Source: a virus
Virus record (IMG/VR): IMGVR_UViG_3300033148_006706
Span: 64,001 to 128,000 of that record
Length of the DNA: 64,000 bases
Direction: 5' to 3' (one strand)
This document shows, piece by piece, positions 11,501-19,404 of this stretch. The notes below the pieces were generated by a model. The model was not told the DNA's origin. It saw only the letters and a list, made by a program, of their open reading frames with translations, and did not search any database. Position numbers and translations under genes: made by a program. Positions within the stretch are counted from its first letter, which is position 1. Each line of letters starts with the position of its first letter.

Positions 11501-12315
11501 CTAACAATGGGCCGACGGCTCTTTTGATTAATCCCGAGAATATTGGCGGAACCCAGACTGGAGCAAAACTGCTAGATATTCAATATGATGGTTCAAGTAA
11601 GCTTATGGTAGATAAATCAGGCAACGTCGGCATCGGAACGCCAAGTCCAGAGAGTAAATTGCAGGTTATTGTTCCAACAGCTGCTTCTGGCTTGGGGCTT
11701 CTCATTAGTACGGCACTAGGAACAAATTATGATGATACAAGCATTCCTTTTAGAATTATAGAGTCGGCAGGGACATTGTTTACAGTACAAGGAAACGGTA
11801 ACGTCGGCATCGGGACAACGGGTCCGGGGGCGAAATTAGAAGTAAAAGCGGGTTCCGAAGGGCAATCTTCGCCTGTAGAAGCAATAAGAATCTGGGGTCC
11901 AAACAGTCCAACTAATATGAATTCTGCCCAAGATTTGAAATGGCATTTTGCTAGTGCGGGTTCTGCAGGTATAAGAGCATATCGTGGAGGCAGTTGGAAT
12001 ACTTATTTGCAATTTTTGACTAATGCTGCTTCTGCTGGTTCAGATAATCCTCAGGTAAGAATGACTATAGATGATACAGGCAATGTCGGCATCGGGACGT
12101 CGAATCCAAGCCAGAAACTTTATGTTTCGGGTAATATCCAAGCTACAGGAGCTATAATTGCAAATACTGCTGGATCTGTTTATGTGCGATATGGTATAGG
12201 TGATCCGGGAAGTGGGAATGGTAAATTAGCAGTATATGCAAGTACTTTAAATACCTTTCGTGCGGGGACTCAATGGGGGTGGCAACACTTTAATCCAGAT
12301 GGACAAGGATGGTAA
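5593..12315 (+). CDS. Large tail fibre / receptor-binding protein (FN3-like N-terminus, LamG-like modules, NVGIGT repeats)
   Basis: 2240 aa; FN3-type YRYAIRAEDRFLNRS and YQYRYRSVNSYG; duplicated internal modules; four NVGIGT repeats near the C-terminus. Confidence 0.75.
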   Translation: MGTEQFDDIVGKKIKSNLEITTEEKYPGNPEYANNVDGDYTNAIGDAVEAYVNGEETQPPDIPQWDSPAYDLEIIEDGTGLKKPKITLHWIDTSSDILTENFLIYKTDNSGGTFGTLTLYDKIPADETDYVDEKLSFNTGYRYAIRAEDRFLNRSDLTDYQEITTPTVPEPSRPTDKIVTGAGVKQIGLKFQGSPSFEDILYYQVESRSATADPDGYGGYEVPASPSWGDWEVINQSLSTRIIHENLDYTKCYQYRYRSVNSYGVSGSANSEEGHSELLSDIVIPLKVKRDDLDWDIQDQIDGKLDYYITHSSQDPKYHPVYGWPDTSKDDLDHHRDIWYQIDTGLKKVFNGYTGLWENQPNITKLTIADDNVLTPSEKLILKKEWNTIAKEKIVLLTQFGLKEGEIGGVETEKYNYISAYNTLDSYLNNIIDGILKESNYLQVIEDIAGATARDDGFIFLFFQDSTPTANGAGDLWINTEDELDILYKWNGSNWIEQTGVSEEDRLKIVSLKQTTGSDDEIVIYFQDSEPSIPASDEDDLWVDTDGGDYLYRHTSGGTWEIVESAILDINGEELRGKFRDYYDAKQELVKAISDVSADDMRTRFVNNTYMIDIENDKIDSTTYFVDFINNVTRTSIKVYSVKDEDKNNLTGLQADDLLVATDTFKEYRYNGASWEELTETNTDFLRAFIDADHLRTIYIPASDADLPSFYQARDLLIPTATFSNNDGSTTKEFQKNSVYITTVNEISAFNNAHWGLSIKYTDDTLAKYKTSVFDSPPNCEYNAGEERWEVNTSLGDSYVSEDIFVPGQEYVIFDGSTTKTFDKGEVYVASIADEEAHRRDGYPFVNTHWERKLRFSQELDDITEDNKLSPTEKLATKKEWEIIRKEYPSIIEEAVEQGVNTFSFKSAYDELDDYLNNESTGLLNDTSTTSDIVGDTFRSKFSNYYDEKAKILRSIAYMASQDAYSGTDYITKREHVGEAVDDDTELWPLTSSACNSSFGTEPLNRNVVLQPKMHSWLGQSGGVFQETSNVLKDPCDLSTSNWSKNSCTTELVEKKIVNFPFTKAESSTASGYVYQTFVPTASRIAVSAVVEKGNTDNTALYLYDSTAGTYIERGLFTFSTETFTPDDSSTIYEVITIEQYRRYVIKYSVDVTGGNTLQLRCYAAWNGLAGDFTYWAAVQVTETNYPVAFISPKKYPSLTRPKSGWKYNFPLQSQMRIKMEVTPWFNYGTSINHRFYEWYIDDTHRLILYYEASDDKICIYWRDGGTVRYLRSPQFDDSTSYLNINQRLKIDVAFDPNGSGSFLKIYDKDDNLLSEDTTWDGTPDTFTSNFNNFYVGQYETGLQADSEIHSLQIWSGALTDTGDPTFQLKPEPLIYGYLEQKETKSDTVGVFNEINTLVSDSENLTTANWVPYHCTTELTDQYVEGHRLTKLTATSANAQAYQTVTFTSSEKKAITGIVRKGNYDPAGFFLHDASTSTNKLYLKINFSTKTITGAVGSLIHAIWLDNKTVQVYAVSNAVTHTNAHRIYCDVDGDDLGSAGDYTYWTAVQVYDNVFPYSYTPNDRDACFLQTQRALTEKHTIECKIWPFCNYDTAGTHYIASWYVDSNNYYMLRFYSAKIQLLYKRGTGEAILESSAYTSQSDWNKAHDIAIIADLGTGDTTGTKLIIDGVIVDETWSGNIDSFSPIFPTLTIGSKTNNNTEYFEGFIWNLAYTARKKEVWEVQQHYQRQRPYYDINSIANESDTIYIDPYNVYIKNLKVFDSVFFGRQESESLPYFKWDTNSGKITINKTLITASDSYNYWDLDTGGFRVGNASSYIYYDPSGNGSLTLKMDAIYASTLETLVNGKLSISMEGDLTGEPPSLQSPIYVTTEDTGGADPAYGIISHLNEIRLRTGNADPQSASDAIVIDNNQNVGIGTTSPSALLEIKTAIAASSGLLITGGASSSNALKVAGSAGDGGGNVVEISPSWNTNNGPTALLINPENIGGTQTGAKLLDIQYDGSSKLMVDKSGNVGIGTPSPESKLQVIVPTAASGLGLLISTALGTNYDDTSIPFRIIESAGTLFTVQGNGNVGIGTTGPGAKLEVKAGSEGQSSPVEAIRIWGPNSPTNMNSAQDLKWHFASAGSAGIRAYRGGSWNTYLQFLTNAASAGSDNPQVRMTIDDTGNVGIGTSNPSQKLYVSGNIQATGAIIANTAGSVYVRYGIGDPGSGNGKLAVYASTLNTFRAGTQWGWQHFNPDGQGW

Positions 12316-12860
12316 AAATGTATATAGGATTTGAAACAAAAAAACTAGAATTAGATAGAGTTGAAGCTCTATACCCGCCAACGATCATATTATCAGAAAC
12401 AATACCAGAAACGACATATTATCTAGTAATTGAGGAATATTCTCAGTATTTTTATTTTAACGAAAAAGGCGAATTCAAAACAAAAATGTGGGAAGGGTGG
12501 AATAATTATCCGTTGTATACATTTAACCGTGATAAGTATGAAGCTGGAGAAGATCCTTTTGAACCATTTGACCCATATTCATCGAAAACATTTAAACACC
12601 GAATACGTCGAGAGCGAATTGAAAATCAAATTAAATGGCAACTACGATACCCAATCGAAATTAAGAAACTTCGCAAAGCACTCAAAAGAGTAATTATGCT
12701 ACTGGAAGCTTCAGGAGCAAATATTAATTGGCCAGAACTAAAAGAATTTATGGAATATTCTAACACAATTGAAACAGTGATCTCTAAGCACCCAAAGGTT
12801 TCTAAATATCTTAATAGAATAGACCTTAAAACTGAAAATGGGGTTAACAATGATGCTTGA
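12309..12860 (+). CDS. Hypothetical protein, tail-fibre associated
   Basis: Overlaps fibre stop; 183 aa. Confidence 0.45.
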   Translation: MVKMYIGFETKKLELDRVEALYPPTIILSETIPETTYYLVIEEYSQYFYFNEKGEFKTKMWEGWNNYPLYTFNRDKYEAGEDPFEPFDPYSSKTFKHRIRRERIENQIKWQLRYPIEIKKLRKALKRVIMLLEASGANINWPELKEFMEYSNTIETVISKHPKVSKYLNRIDLKTENGVNNDA

Positions 12861-13038
12861 TAATGAAGTACAACAAAAATTCTTAGAAGATAGCGGATAT
12901 GCTCAGGGTTGGGGGTGGACATTAACTGATGAGGATATTGAGCAGATGAAAAATTGCGATAACCGTGATGTTCTCTACCCAGCGCTTGAAAATAAGCTTA
13001 TACAGGAGTGTGAAAGCGAGCAGGAGGCGGCTATATGA
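12838..13038 (+). CDS. Hypothetical protein
   Basis: Coupled small ORF; ends with the GGAGG RBS of the next gene. Confidence 0.45.
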   Translation: MGLTMMLDNEVQQKFLEDSGYAQGWGWTLTDEDIEQMKNCDNRDVLYPALENKLIQECESEQEAAI

Positions 13039-13412
13039 AATTAGGAATAATAGTTAATAATCAAAATATTTTGGAAAAAATAAACAAAATGGATCTGCCC
13101 GGAAGTAAAGTTTTAAAATTAAGAAAAATAATAAAAAAATTTATGGAAGAATTACGACAATTTGAAGAAGAGAAGAATAATTATATTTTAAAACACGGTG
13201 AGAATGGAGAACTAAATAGAGACTCCAATCCGGAAGCTTATGAAAAAGCAATTCTTTTTCTAAACGAAATGATGAACAGCGAGATAGATATAGAACCAGC
13301 TCCCATTCTTGATGATAGCGATATAGAAAATAATAAATTTAGTGTTGCGGATTTAGATAGGCTGGAGGCCCTGGGATTATATAAACCCGATAGTGATGAG
13401 AAAATATCATAA
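13035..13412 (+). CDS. Hypothetical helical protein of the type often found after tail fibres
   Basis: RBS AGGAGG, ATGA overlap. Confidence 0.5.
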   Translation: MKLGIIVNNQNILEKINKMDLPGSKVLKLRKIIKKFMEELRQFEEEKNNYILKHGENGELNRDSNPEAYEKAILFLNEMMNSEIDIEPAPILDDSDIENNKFSVADLDRLEALGLYKPDSDEKIS

Positions 13413-13487
13413 ACTTAATGTGCAAAGTTTATAATATGCATAAGGCGAGGAAAATATAAACATAAAATCTAAATGGGGGAGGCAGAG

Positions 13488-14195
13488 ATGAATTATGAAG
13501 AACTTTTGCAATTTGGGGGCACATTCTATAATGATAACAACAATAATGCCGGAGTAGAATGGTATGTAGAAGAAAAAGAAAACCAGCTTATTATTAGAAT
13601 TCCTGGCACTAATTCTTTTAGAGATTGGATAACAAATTTTATATTCTTCCCTATGTCGTATTATTATCCAGATGCTAAAGTGCACTCAGGTTGGTATAAC
13701 GAGTATATACAGAGCGGAATAAATCTTAAAATGAAAAAAATAATTAAAGAGGGGGCTTATAAAAAAGTAACAATAATGGGGCATTCAAAAGGCTGTACTA
13801 CAGCATTGTTTCTTACTCAATATTTATCTCTAACTTTTAAATCTGATAATGTTAAAATTGAAACTTTTTTGCTTGGATCCCCTAAAGTGGGCAATCTTAA
13901 ATTTAAAAGACTATTAGAAAAAAATGAAAACGCCTTTATACACAATATTCAAGTAAGGGGTGATATTGTTTGTAAAATGCCTCCTAATCTTATCTTGTTA
14001 TTTCTTCTCCCTTATTTTTTTCTAATTAATAAAAAATTCATATTTTGTTTTTTCTGGCACATTGGACACGGAAAAAAGATAAAAATAGGAAAAAAGAGCT
14101 TTATAACTTTTAAAGGTCATGAGTTTGATAATTACAGAAAATTACTTATAGAGGAAGAAAAAGAAAGGAAAAGAAAATGGATAAACAAAAAATAA
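13488..14195 (+). CDS. Lipase class 3 (alpha/beta hydrolase)
   Basis: PGTNSFRDWITN lid region, VHSGW, nucleophile elbow GHSKG, GSPKVGN, DIVCKMPP, C-terminal His; start moved to ATG 13488 after GGAGG. Confidence 0.85.
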   Translation: MNYEELLQFGGTFYNDNNNNAGVEWYVEEKENQLIIRIPGTNSFRDWITNFIFFPMSYYYPDAKVHSGWYNEYIQSGINLKMKKIIKEGAYKKVTIMGHSKGCTTALFLTQYLSLTFKSDNVKIETFLLGSPKVGNLKFKRLLEKNENAFIHNIQVRGDIVCKMPPNLILLFLLPYFFLINKKFIFCFFWHIGHGKKIKIGKKSFITFKGHEFDNYRKLLIEEEKERKRKWINKK

Positions 14196-14506
14196 AGAGT
14201 AGTACAAAGGCAATTACCTGGGCAGCTTTCTTACTTAACCCTTTAGCATGGATAGCAGACTGGTTCTTTAAAAAAAGTACCATCGATTATTTAATAAAAA
14301 ATAAAATAGATATAACCCGTTTAAATGATATAGAAAAATTTATTACAGATATTCCTTTAGCTACCATTGCAACCGCCTTTGTTACAATAGCTACAGCATA
14401 CGTAGCGGGACAAAAGGGTAAAACGATCAGCAAGAATATTGGCGCTCCAAAAGGCAAGGGCACAGATGAAAACGATCCTGATGATGCGCCTCCTCCTCTA
14501 AAATAA
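14177..14506 (+). CDS. Small membrane protein (holin-like)
   Basis: Two hydrophobic segments; next to the endolysin candidate. Confidence 0.45.
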   Translation: MDKQKIKSSTKAITWAAFLLNPLAWIADWFFKKSTIDYLIKNKIDITRLNDIEKFITDIPLATIATAFVTIATAYVAGQKGKTISKNIGAPKGKGTDENDPDDAPPPLK

Positions 14507-14519
14507 TTTCAGAGATATT

Positions 14520-14527
14520 ACTAATAT
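14520..14527 (+). promoter_or_regulatory. Putative late promoter motif ACTAATAT
   Basis: 3 nt before ATG 14531, no SD. Confidence 0.55.
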
Positions 14528-14530
14528 TAT

Positions 14531-15283
14531 ATGTACAGCGAGAGAATAAACAAGTTTTTAAAAGAATATGATATAAATGATAATCTTGATTTTGATGATT
14601 TAAAATTTAGAGTTGGCGCTCCAATTACTTCTAGCTTTGGATTAGTCGCCGGATACAGAAAAGTAAACAACGAATATATATTTGATTCTGTTAGAATTCA
14701 TACAGGTGTTGATAGAAGTTGGGGAGAGAACGGAAGCGTATATGCACCGTTTTATTTTAATAGAAGCGAACTACACGATTATGGTGCAGATCATGTATAT
14801 GGAAGCCTAATACGTTTATTTAACGATGAGTATGGCTTTGAAATGCGTATAGTCCACATGAATCCAAAAACCGATATTGATAAAACAGCATATCAACTTT
14901 TAACCAACAATCAACCCATAGAACGAAATACTTATTTGGGGGTTTGCGGAACATACGGTAGTGCCAGTAGTGGAAGACATACCCATACAGAAATAGTATC
15001 TATTAAAGAAGAAAACAAAATACTGGATGTTATCCTATATAGGAAGTTTGGAGCAGATATTTATAATAGCTATACGGAAAATCACATAATAAATTTTTAT
15101 AGATCAAAGAGGGTTTTTAAAAATAAAAAAGTTGAAGAAATTTTAGACCATTTCAATAATTTAAAAAAAGCTAGAAGAGTAGTAGGTATAATAAATGATT
15201 ATTTATATGAATACAAAGATTGGTACTATGGAATGGAAAAAAGAATACGGTACAGTAGTGAAAAGTTGTTTAACGGATTATAA
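14531..15283 (+). CDS. M23-like Zn peptidase, probable endolysin
   Basis: ITSSFG, HxxxD (HTGVD) and HxH (SSGRHTHTE) motifs; flanked by holin-like genes. Confidence 0.7.
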   Translation: MYSERINKFLKEYDINDNLDFDDLKFRVGAPITSSFGLVAGYRKVNNEYIFDSVRIHTGVDRSWGENGSVYAPFYFNRSELHDYGADHVYGSLIRLFNDEYGFEMRIVHMNPKTDIDKTAYQLLTNNQPIERNTYLGVCGTYGSASSGRHTHTEIVSIKEENKILDVILYRKFGADIYNSYTENHIINFYRSKRVFKNKKVEEILDHFNNLKKARRVVGIINDYLYEYKDWYYGMEKRIRYSSEKLFNGL

Positions 15284-15306
15284 AAAAATAAAGGAGAGAA
15301 GAACGT

Positions 15307-15588
15307 ATGAATTTAAATTGGAATAACATCATGGCATGCGCAGTTATAGTGATCGGATTAACAGAGTATGTCAAAAGTTGGGATAAAAAGGAAAAGTTAA
15401 AAAAGATTTATAAACTATTCCCACTAGGTTTTTCATTTGCGGCTAGTCTTCTTTTAACGTTTATAGAAGGTTTTACGATAAATAGTTTTCTCTTTACTGG
15501 ATTGATTGTATTGGCTTTCTCAACACTTGGTTACGAAGCGATACTTAAATTTGTGCAGTCAATTATTGAAAAATTAAAATTAAAATAA
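15307..15588 (+). CDS. Holin-like membrane protein
   Basis: 93 aa, three hydrophobic helices, basic C-terminus, AAGGAG RBS. Confidence 0.6.
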   Translation: MNLNWNNIMACAVIVIGLTEYVKSWDKKEKLKKIYKLFPLGFSFAASLLLTFIEGFTINSFLFTGLIVLAFSTLGYEAILKFVQSIIEKLKLK

Positions 15589-15680
15589 GAAATACGGACA
15601 ATGCTAGATAAATTTATAAATTGGTTATTTTCACACATATTAAAAGATAATGAATACTTTAAAAAGGCGGTCATAACGTA

Positions 15681-16469
15681 ATGGCATGGGTACAGCTTAT
15701 TAAATGGTTACAATCACAAGATACATTAACACTTATCATCGCACTTGGAATTTTAATATTTCTTATTTATAAAGGAATAATACGTATTCCTTCTATAAAT
15801 AAGACAATCAGAAGAAAAAAATGTGAAAATCCTCACATAAGTTGTATTAATTATATTGATTTAGGGAATCGTTTATCAAAGCTTATGGTACTAAAAACAG
15901 AGATTGATAGAATTATAAACTTGGATATACTGAGAGAGCAAATGAACCTAGTAGATCAGATTGTATATGATATAAGAAAAAAAATGGAGCTTCATTTTGA
16001 TAAGATACTTAAAAATCAACAGCCCGATATACAGGATGTCAATTCAAGTATTGAACATAAAATCTTTGAAAATATTGCTAAATTAGGAGAGAAAACAATA
16101 AGAGATTTATTTCGATTTATAATGAAAGAAAATCGCATTCCAAACAATGAAGCTGAATTTATCCTATACGCTAAAAACAGGGCTAATAACGTTATTAACC
16201 GAGTAATTGAAGAGCTTTCAGTTAACTGGCATCGAGGACTCAGCATTACTAAAGAAATTTATATGAAAGCTTACTATGGAAAAATACAAGATTTCCGTGA
16301 TTTAAACTCTGAAATCGAAGAACAAATAATAACCACACTAAAGAGATGTAGGGACATTAACAACAGAAAATGGCTTGAAATTATGCAATATGATGATGAA
16401 GCTGCCGCTTTATTCCCCGAAATATATGAAGAAGCAATGAAGAAAGAAGGAGAAAAGCGGCAGACATGA
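15681..16469 (+). CDS. Membrane-anchored helical protein
   Basis: N-terminal TM (TLTLIIALGILIFLIY); last gene of the + strand block. Confidence 0.5.
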   Translation: MAWVQLIKWLQSQDTLTLIIALGILIFLIYKGIIRIPSINKTIRRKKCENPHISCINYIDLGNRLSKLMVLKTEIDRIINLDILREQMNLVDQIVYDIRKKMELHFDKILKNQQPDIQDVNSSIEHKIFENIAKLGEKTIRDLFRFIMKENRIPNNEAEFILYAKNRANNVINRVIEELSVNWHRGLSITKEIYMKAYYGKIQDFRDLNSEIEEQIITTLKRCRDINNRKWLEIMQYDDEAAALFPEIYEEAMKKEGEKRQT

Positions 16470-16823
16470 CTAGAATTGTATTTTAAAATACTTATATACT
16501 CTCGCCTCGAAATAAAAAAGTTCTTTTCTTAACTCTTCCATTCTTAAGTTATTTTTTTCTGGAATATTTTTATAAAAATCAAACTTAGCATCTTCAGGAT
16601 CTGTTGGATGTCGTTCGCTGTTTGCTTTATTAAGATGTCGATTAAAACTTACGTAGTGTGGTTCTTTTTTAGCCCTCTCAATAGCGATACGCCTTCCTAA
16701 ATCTTTAGAAAAGGTGTCCTTTGGATGACATAGCGACCACCCGATCCTGTCTTTTTCTAATGCAACTAAGCATCCATAAGGTTGACGATTCTCTTTTCTT
16801 ATGTACTGAACTAACATAATCAT
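16470..16823 (-). CDS. Conserved phage hypothetical protein
   Basis: GWSLCHPKDTFSKDLGRRIAIERA motif; GGAGG RBS. Confidence 0.55.
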   Translation of the reverse strand: MIMLVQYIRKENRQPYGCLVALEKDRIGWSLCHPKDTFSKDLGRRIAIERAKKEPHYVSFNRHLNKANSERHPTDPEDAKFDFYKNIPEKNNLRMEELRKELFYFEARVYKYFKIQF

Positions 16824-16984
16824 TCCTCCATCTTAATTTTTTTCAAGATCAAATAATGTTTTAACATATTTGATCTAATATTCTCAGTTTCTAAATTCAT
16901 TCTAGTTTTTTTCCTCTTCTGCACTAAAAAAAGAATTAAAAGATACTATAAGAAAAAAAATCAAAACGGCTTTTATTAAATACC

Positions 16985-18004
16985 TTATAATACTCCCTCC
17001 CATGTTATCTTTTTATTCTTTATCTTATTATAAAAATCGTATTGAGATAACCGCCATTCTGCACTCTCTATAGGATGTTCAACAGCGTATTCTAGATCTT
17101 CCAGAGTACTGTCAGCAGGATCTTGACCTGCCCCCGGCATAAAAACAATGAGATAATCATAATCATAAAACTTATTTATTTGTGTAATCATAGAGCGTCC
17201 TGCATCATCGTTATCAGGAAACAATATAAGATTTTTCACTTTACTCAGCAGCTTCTTTTGACCGGTACCTAACGAACTACCTAGTGTTGCTACAACATTT
17301 TTAGAAATATACCTCCAGATACGAAAAGCACTTTTTATTCCCTCTACTACATATAAAGGCTTTCGCAAACTAATACCGTCCCAATTCCATAATATATCCG
17401 CCTTACTGCCTTTCGGGTAGATTACTTTCAATTTCTGCTCTTCCGTATAATCTCTGCATTCCATATTCACTATTTCGCCGTTCTCTAATAATGGAATACA
17501 TATTCTATCTTTAATAAATGTACCTTTCTTGTTTTCTTTAGAAAAAGAGATATACGCTTTATTTGTATAACGAATATCAAATTCATCTATCATTTCCTTA
17601 TTAACATTTATTTTTTTAAGATATGTAAGAACCTGCGAATTTGACAAAGGATTATATAAACGCCCACCTGATATTCTTAACTCTTTCTTTAATTGTTTCT
17701 TCTCTGCTATAAGTTGATTTTGACCTAATGTCTGATTAAAAAGCCTTGATAATACCTCATCGCTTTTAATATATTTACTATAATTTCCGTTAGAAAGTTT
17801 TGTAACAAATGCATAAAAATTGTACGTAGCACCGCAGCTCCAACATTTACAATAGCCGTTGTTTTTTAACATTGTCATTGAGGGATTCCTATCCCTATGA
17901 TTTTGATTTATACACCGAAATTTTATATATTTACCTTTATCTTCGAATTGTATTCCAAGTTCACGAACTATTGATAATATTTCAGTAGTCGTTAAGTAAA
18001 TCAT
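16985..18004 (-). CDS. DNA primase (Zn finger + TOPRIM)
   Basis: C..H.D.NPS...CKCWSCG zinc finger; VVEG, ATLG, DNDDAG TOPRIM motifs. Confidence 0.9.
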   Translation of the reverse strand: MIYLTTTEILSIVRELGIQFEDKGKYIKFRCINQNHRDRNPSMTMLKNNGYCKCWSCGATYNFYAFVTKLSNGNYSKYIKSDEVLSRLFNQTLGQNQLIAEKKQLKKELRISGGRLYNPLSNSQVLTYLKKINVNKEMIDEFDIRYTNKAYISFSKENKKGTFIKDRICIPLLENGEIVNMECRDYTEEQKLKVIYPKGSKADILWNWDGISLRKPLYVVEGIKSAFRIWRYISKNVVATLGSSLGTGQKKLLSKVKNLILFPDNDDAGRSMITQINKFYDYDYLIVFMPGAGQDPADSTLEDLEYAVEHPIESAEWRLSQYDFYNKIKNKKITWEGVL

Positions 18005-19164
18005 CTTTTAACTTGCTCACGTACTTTATATTTTTCTCTTTTGCGTATTATTGGAATACTTCTTATTTTATTAATATACTTTAATAGAGCTGCTTTAAAA
18101 TATTTTTCATTAAATGAATATCCAACCCTTGATTTTTCAATATCTAAAACCGTATCTAACAATTTATTATAGTTTACGTTATTTACTATCTTAACAAATT
18201 CCTCCTCTTTAAATTCTTCAGGTAGTTTATTTAACTGATTAAATACACCAGCATCGACAAGATATTTATACATAAGATTATAAAGATATTCGTTTTCAAA
18301 TAAAGGGCTCTCTATTAAATTAAAAATACTATCTACTTTTTCGGCATTAAGTAAATTATGTATAAATTCAAACTGATTAGACTGATTCATAATACCCAAT
18401 TCTTTCTGTACTTCTTCTACAGTATATAACTCCCCTTCCATTACTCTATCAAGCATTTGTAAAGCATTACGATACGAACCAAGAGCATTGTTAGCTATTA
18501 ATAAAAGAATTTCGGGCGCTTCTTCTTCAAAAGTTTTAGGGAATCTTTTATCAGCATATAAAGTATCAACAAGATTGAAAAACACTTCTTTTATATATTT
18601 AAAAATATCTTCATAATTTGCCATGTAAAACTTATAAATTTCATATCGTGTCTTAAGGGCTAAATGAAACTTTTCACTCTCGGTAGTACAAAGAATAATA
18701 TATACGTTCTTACGAGGTTTTTCACTTAATAAAAGCATAGCCCCTTTTGCTTGAGCTGAATTTAACAAGTGTGCTTCATCAATTATTATTACCTTATTCT
18801 TATCAAAGAAAGGAACATAGGATAGCATATCCGATAAACTTTTAACCCCTTCTTTACCTAAATCCGTAGCATCTATATAAGTAGTATCCCGTTTAAACCT
18901 GCCATCGTTTATATCTTTACATGCTTCACATTTATTACAAGGCTCAACACAATCCTTTTTTATAATAGGTTCTTTACAATTGAGAATCTTAGCTATAATA
19001 AATGCCAGTGTGCTTTTACCCGTTCCACTATGACCTAGGAACATCATATAGGAAGGAAAATTATTTTTTAGACTTCTATTTTTAAATTCTTTTACTATTC
19101 TCTTATTGCCTTGCATTTCATCTAAAGTTTTTGGTCTATACTGTATTCCTAGCATATTACTCAT
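18001..19164 (-). CDS. dnaX: Clamp loader, DNA polymerase III gamma/tau-like AAA+ ATPase
   Basis: YRPKTLDE, Walker A GHSGTGKST, zinc module LNC...EPCNKCEAC, Walker B IIDEAH, sensor GSYRNAL. Confidence 0.85.
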   Translation of the reverse strand: MSNMLGIQYRPKTLDEMQGNKRIVKEFKNRSLKNNFPSYMMFLGHSGTGKSTLAFIIAKILNCKEPIIKKDCVEPCNKCEACKDINDGRFKRDTTYIDATDLGKEGVKSLSDMLSYVPFFDKNKVIIIDEAHLLNSAQAKGAMLLLSEKPRKNVYIILCTTESEKFHLALKTRYEIYKFYMANYEDIFKYIKEVFFNLVDTLYADKRFPKTFEEEAPEILLLIANNALGSYRNALQMLDRVMEGELYTVEEVQKELGIMNQSNQFEFIHNLLNAEKVDSIFNLIESPLFENEYLYNLMYKYLVDAGVFNQLNKLPEEFKEEEFVKIVNNVNYNKLLDTVLDIEKSRVGYSFNEKYFKAALLKYINKIRSIPIIRKREKYKVREQVKR

Positions 19165-19340
19165 CGTTGCTTTAATCTCCTTATTTTTCTATTTAAAATA
19201 TCACAATATTGTAAAGCTCGAATACTAAGTACATTAATTTGCAATCTCTCACTAATTCTATCTTTATCGTTTCCTTGATTATTAGATGAAAGATATTCAA
19301 TGTTGTTTAATATTTCTATAATTTGTTTCAATTCATTCAT
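19161..19340 (-). CDS. Small hypothetical protein (59 aa, below ORF-track cutoff)
   Basis: GGAGG RBS, MNELKQIIEILNNIEY..., TGA overlaps the dnaX ATG. Confidence 0.55.
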   Translation of the reverse strand: MNELKQIIEILNNIEYLSSNNQGNDKDRISERLQINVLSIRALQYCDILNRKIRRLKQR

Positions 19341-19356
19341 TATACCGCCTCCATTT

Positions 19357-19395
19357 AAAAAATGGAGCCGAGCGATATATTTACCACTCAGCTCC
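19357..19395 (-). terminator. Intrinsic terminator after rIIB
   Basis: GGAGCTGAGTGGT/ATCGCTCGGCTCC stem followed by a T-run on the minus strand. Confidence 0.7.
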
Positions 19396-19404
19396 TGACG
19401 ATGA

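Noticed and set aside
11300-12860. Diversity-generating retroelement or invertible shufflon at the fibre tip
   Set aside because: No reverse transcriptase, TR/VR pair, invertase or inverted cassettes seen in this window
16846-16876. Imperfect palindrome AGATCAAATA...TATTTGATCT
   Set aside because: Single AT-rich instance with no supporting context; function cannot be supported
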